DNA of 63,445 nucleotides, filler included, from Perkinsus chesapeaki ATCC PRA-425 (Eukaryota; Protista; Perkinsozoa), in the NCBI GenBank assembly GCA_013115145.1. It is 5 parts of 5 records of this genome, joined end to end, with 100 filler letters (N's around TTAATTAATTAA, not from the genome) between each part and the next. Parts side by side here need not be neighbours in the genome. Positions count along the whole stretch, not along the records: positions 60,992 to 62,010 come from JAAPAO010002274.1; positions 62,111 to 63,445 come from JAAPAO010002032.1; 3 more parts are not named here. The stretch is one strand, 5' to 3'. The notes beneath the pieces were generated by a model that was given only the letters and a program-made list of their open reading frames with translations, was not told where the DNA came from and ran no database searches. Positions 60,992-63,445 of the stretch are shown here, piece by piece. The position numbers were made by a program, and so were the translations under genes. Position 1 is the stretch's first letter, and every line of letters begins with the position of its first letter.

Positions 60992-61986
60992 GCCACTTGC
61001 CGCGAGCAAGAAATTCGCTCAAGGGCGTCAGCGAACGCGACACGCCATTTAGCATAAGCACCATTAGAGTCGGACTGAAACTGCAACCGGTTCAAGACAG
61101 GCTGGCCGACAAAGACACGAGCCTGCTTCAGAGCCTGGTCGATGGGGAGCGTCGTGGTAATAGCCTTGACCTGAAGCGGACGTATTCCGGGAGGGCAGGT
61201 GTAGGACTGGTACCCACCGAATGTCGTGCACTCAGGAGAAAAGACAGGCTGATTACCGGTGGCTGTGGCATCGACAGCTGTAGATGTCTGATTTGCCGAA
61301 GGGGAATGCTGCGCTGTAGAGCTAGCAGAGTGAGAGTTGACGATGGTAGACTGGCCACCTGAGGATGCCGTGAGAACACCGGGTAGAATGTTAACGTTGG
61401 CAGGAGGCGGTCGGACCGTGCGTCGATACTCTGTTACTGCTGAGACAGTTTCCCTCTTTAGCTGTGCTTGGGTGGGTATGGCAACTGTCCATCGGATCTC
61501 GAAATGCTCCGATGCTGCGAGGTTGATGATGGCCCTCGCAAGTTGTCGTGATACCGCGTTGACCCATGGAGGAAGCACACAGTCGAATAGATGATCATCA
61601 GCGAGCCGGCAGAGGTCAGTGGAGACGTACTCGAATACCGAGGTCAATGTAGCCGTGACAGCGACCACCGGTGTTTCTGAGTCACCAGCTGCTTGGTCAG
61701 TTCTTGGGGGCCCGCCTTCCGCGGCCAAGCCTGCCAATCCCGATCCCGAAGCCGATCCCGACATTGGAGCCATAAATAGGCCAGATGTGGGCTTTGCTTC
61801 TACTGGGAGTAGGGCATCAGTGGTGTTTCTCAGAGCGATCTGGTAGTCAACGGTAGGACCAGCTTCTATATCAAGATAGCACTTGGACAGCAGCTTCTCG
61901 TTCTTGAAGATGATTTCTCGGCATGCAGACCCCAAATTGTTAAGGAACTGCTGGTCTTCTGTGTTACTGGAACTCGATGCAGCCAT
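60992..61986 (-). mobile_element. Intronless ORF running off the contig, possibly a retrotransposon gag-like protein
   Basis: More than 330 codons without an intron in an intron-dense genome; ends in AYAKWRVAFADAL, resembling a capsid Y..W...F helix. No diagnostic pol motifs are visible. Confidence 0.35.
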
Positions 61987-62010
61987 GATATAGAATAGTG
62001 CAGATAGTGA

Positions 62011-62110
62011 NNNNNNNNNNNNNNNNNNNNNNNNNNNNNNNNNNNNNNNNNNNNTTAATTAATTAANNNNNNNNNNNNNNNNNNNNNNNNNNNNNNNNNN
62101 NNNNNNNNNN
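62011..62110. other. Artificial contig spacer
   Basis: 44N-TTAATTAATTAA-44N. Confidence 0.98.
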
Positions 62111-63445
62111 TATATTTATTAAATACCAATATGTTATAATAATATATAATATAAATAAATATATAAAGAATACATAATTTAATCTAATGATTTATCTATT
62201 AAATATTATATTATAACATAACATTATTAAACTATACATTATATTTATAAATATATTAATATTATATATTATATCATGTTATTATATATAGTTATTTATA
62301 CTTATATTATTATATATTAATAATTATTATAACTAGTATATATTTATTATTATATCATTATTAATAGTATATAGTTTATTGTATTATTTAAGTTATAAAT
62401 GTCTATAATCCAGTACTTTATACTATATATTAATAATATAATAACATAAGGTAATATAATAAGATATTATATATAAAGATTTATAATAAATAATGCATAT
62501 TGGATAGCTAATATGATATTAATATAAATTTAAGATATATTTATTAGTTTATACCTTATATTATTGTATATATTATTTATTATATTACAGGCCATGGTAT
62601 AAAGATAGCAATATTATGACCAGCTATGCAGTGCTTTATAAATATTAATATAACCTTTAATATATATAATCTATATACTTTATTTAATAAATATAATCTA
62701 TTCTATATACCATAATAATATTTATAATACTAATAATTTATATAATATTTACTGGTTAATATATACTAATAATCTATAGATAACTAAATATACATTATTA
62801 TATAATATGATATATGGTATATTCTATAGATAAATTATATATAAATATGGGGTGTATTACTAATAATTAATATTATATATCTATATTTACACCCCATTAA
62901 ATAATATATAAATCTTTACTATTATATGGTGTTAATTAATAATATAAATAATGAATATTAATAAATTATATAAACATTAGTAATAATTAAATAGACAATA
63001 TATATATTATATAGATTTAGATAATAAATTATAGCCCTTTCTATACCCCAGCATATATTAATATATTATAGCTAGAGCTGGGGTATAAGTTAAGGATTTA
63101 TTATATATAATTACATAATATTATTATAGATTAACCCCAGCTAAAGATATATTATTAATTACCAGCCCTAATTATAGGTATAAATAATCTATATAATGGT
63201 ATAAGGGCTGGTATAAACTATCTATAATGCTATAAGGATATAATATATTTATTACTGATATAATGTATACTATATATATAGTATTAGTTAATATTGATAT
63301 AAATATACTTATAATGAGATCTGTATAATTATTAATAGATTAAAGATATAATAATTACATTAGATTTATCACTAGTTTATATTCTTATATTATTAGTTAA
63401 TATATATAAAGTACTTATTATTACTATTTATTGATATATATCCAT
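62111..63445. other. Extremely AT-rich contig, probably mitochondrial DNA
   Basis: Roughly 85-90% A+T by eye, versus about 50% in the other contigs; short GC-cored inverted repeats. No cox1/cob/cox3 reading was confidently recovered. Confidence 0.55.

Noticed and set aside
1-63445. Spliced-leader RNA (CCGTAGCCATYTTGGCTCAAG), rRNA genes and CRISPR arrays
   Set aside because: Searched by eye; none found. The tandem repeats lack unique spacers.

Overview
This window is five unrelated eukaryotic contigs joined by artificial 100-nt spacers (44 N + TTAATTAATTAA + 44 N): A 1-30124, B 30225-52386, C 52487-60891, D 60992-62010, E 62111-63445. Many short (~40-55 nt) GT-AG introns, intronless subtilisin and small secreted-protein genes, an RLK/Pelle kinase and a very AT-rich small contig fit a Perkinsus-like alveolate (inference). 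Recognisable genes: CEP131-like, GT61 glycosyltransferase, histidine phosphatase, CELF-like RRM protein, tandem-PBZ protein, class I/II aminotransferase, SOS1-like Na+/H+ antiporter, dihydroxyacetone kinase, TOM1/THH1-like membrane protein, tRNA-Arg(ACG), RLK/Pelle kinase with a C-terminal UBA domain, partial PRPP synthetase, a Chapaev/Transib-like transposase, an S8 subtilisin and a gag-like ORF. Main discovery: about 15 tRNA 3'-end modules (B-box/T-loop GTTCGA(TC/AT)C(C/T), then 5+7 nt, discriminator, usually a T-run), each with a different acceptor strand. Most lie in spliceosomal introns, in both orientations, and several make up almost the whole intron. One intact tRNA-Arg sits in the same position, with its Pol III terminator doubling as the intron's 3' splice signal. 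A second intronic motif (AATTTCGTGGCGCGTGA) recurs in the antiporter gene. Gene spans were assembled by eye and the outer boundaries of multi-exon genes are approximate.
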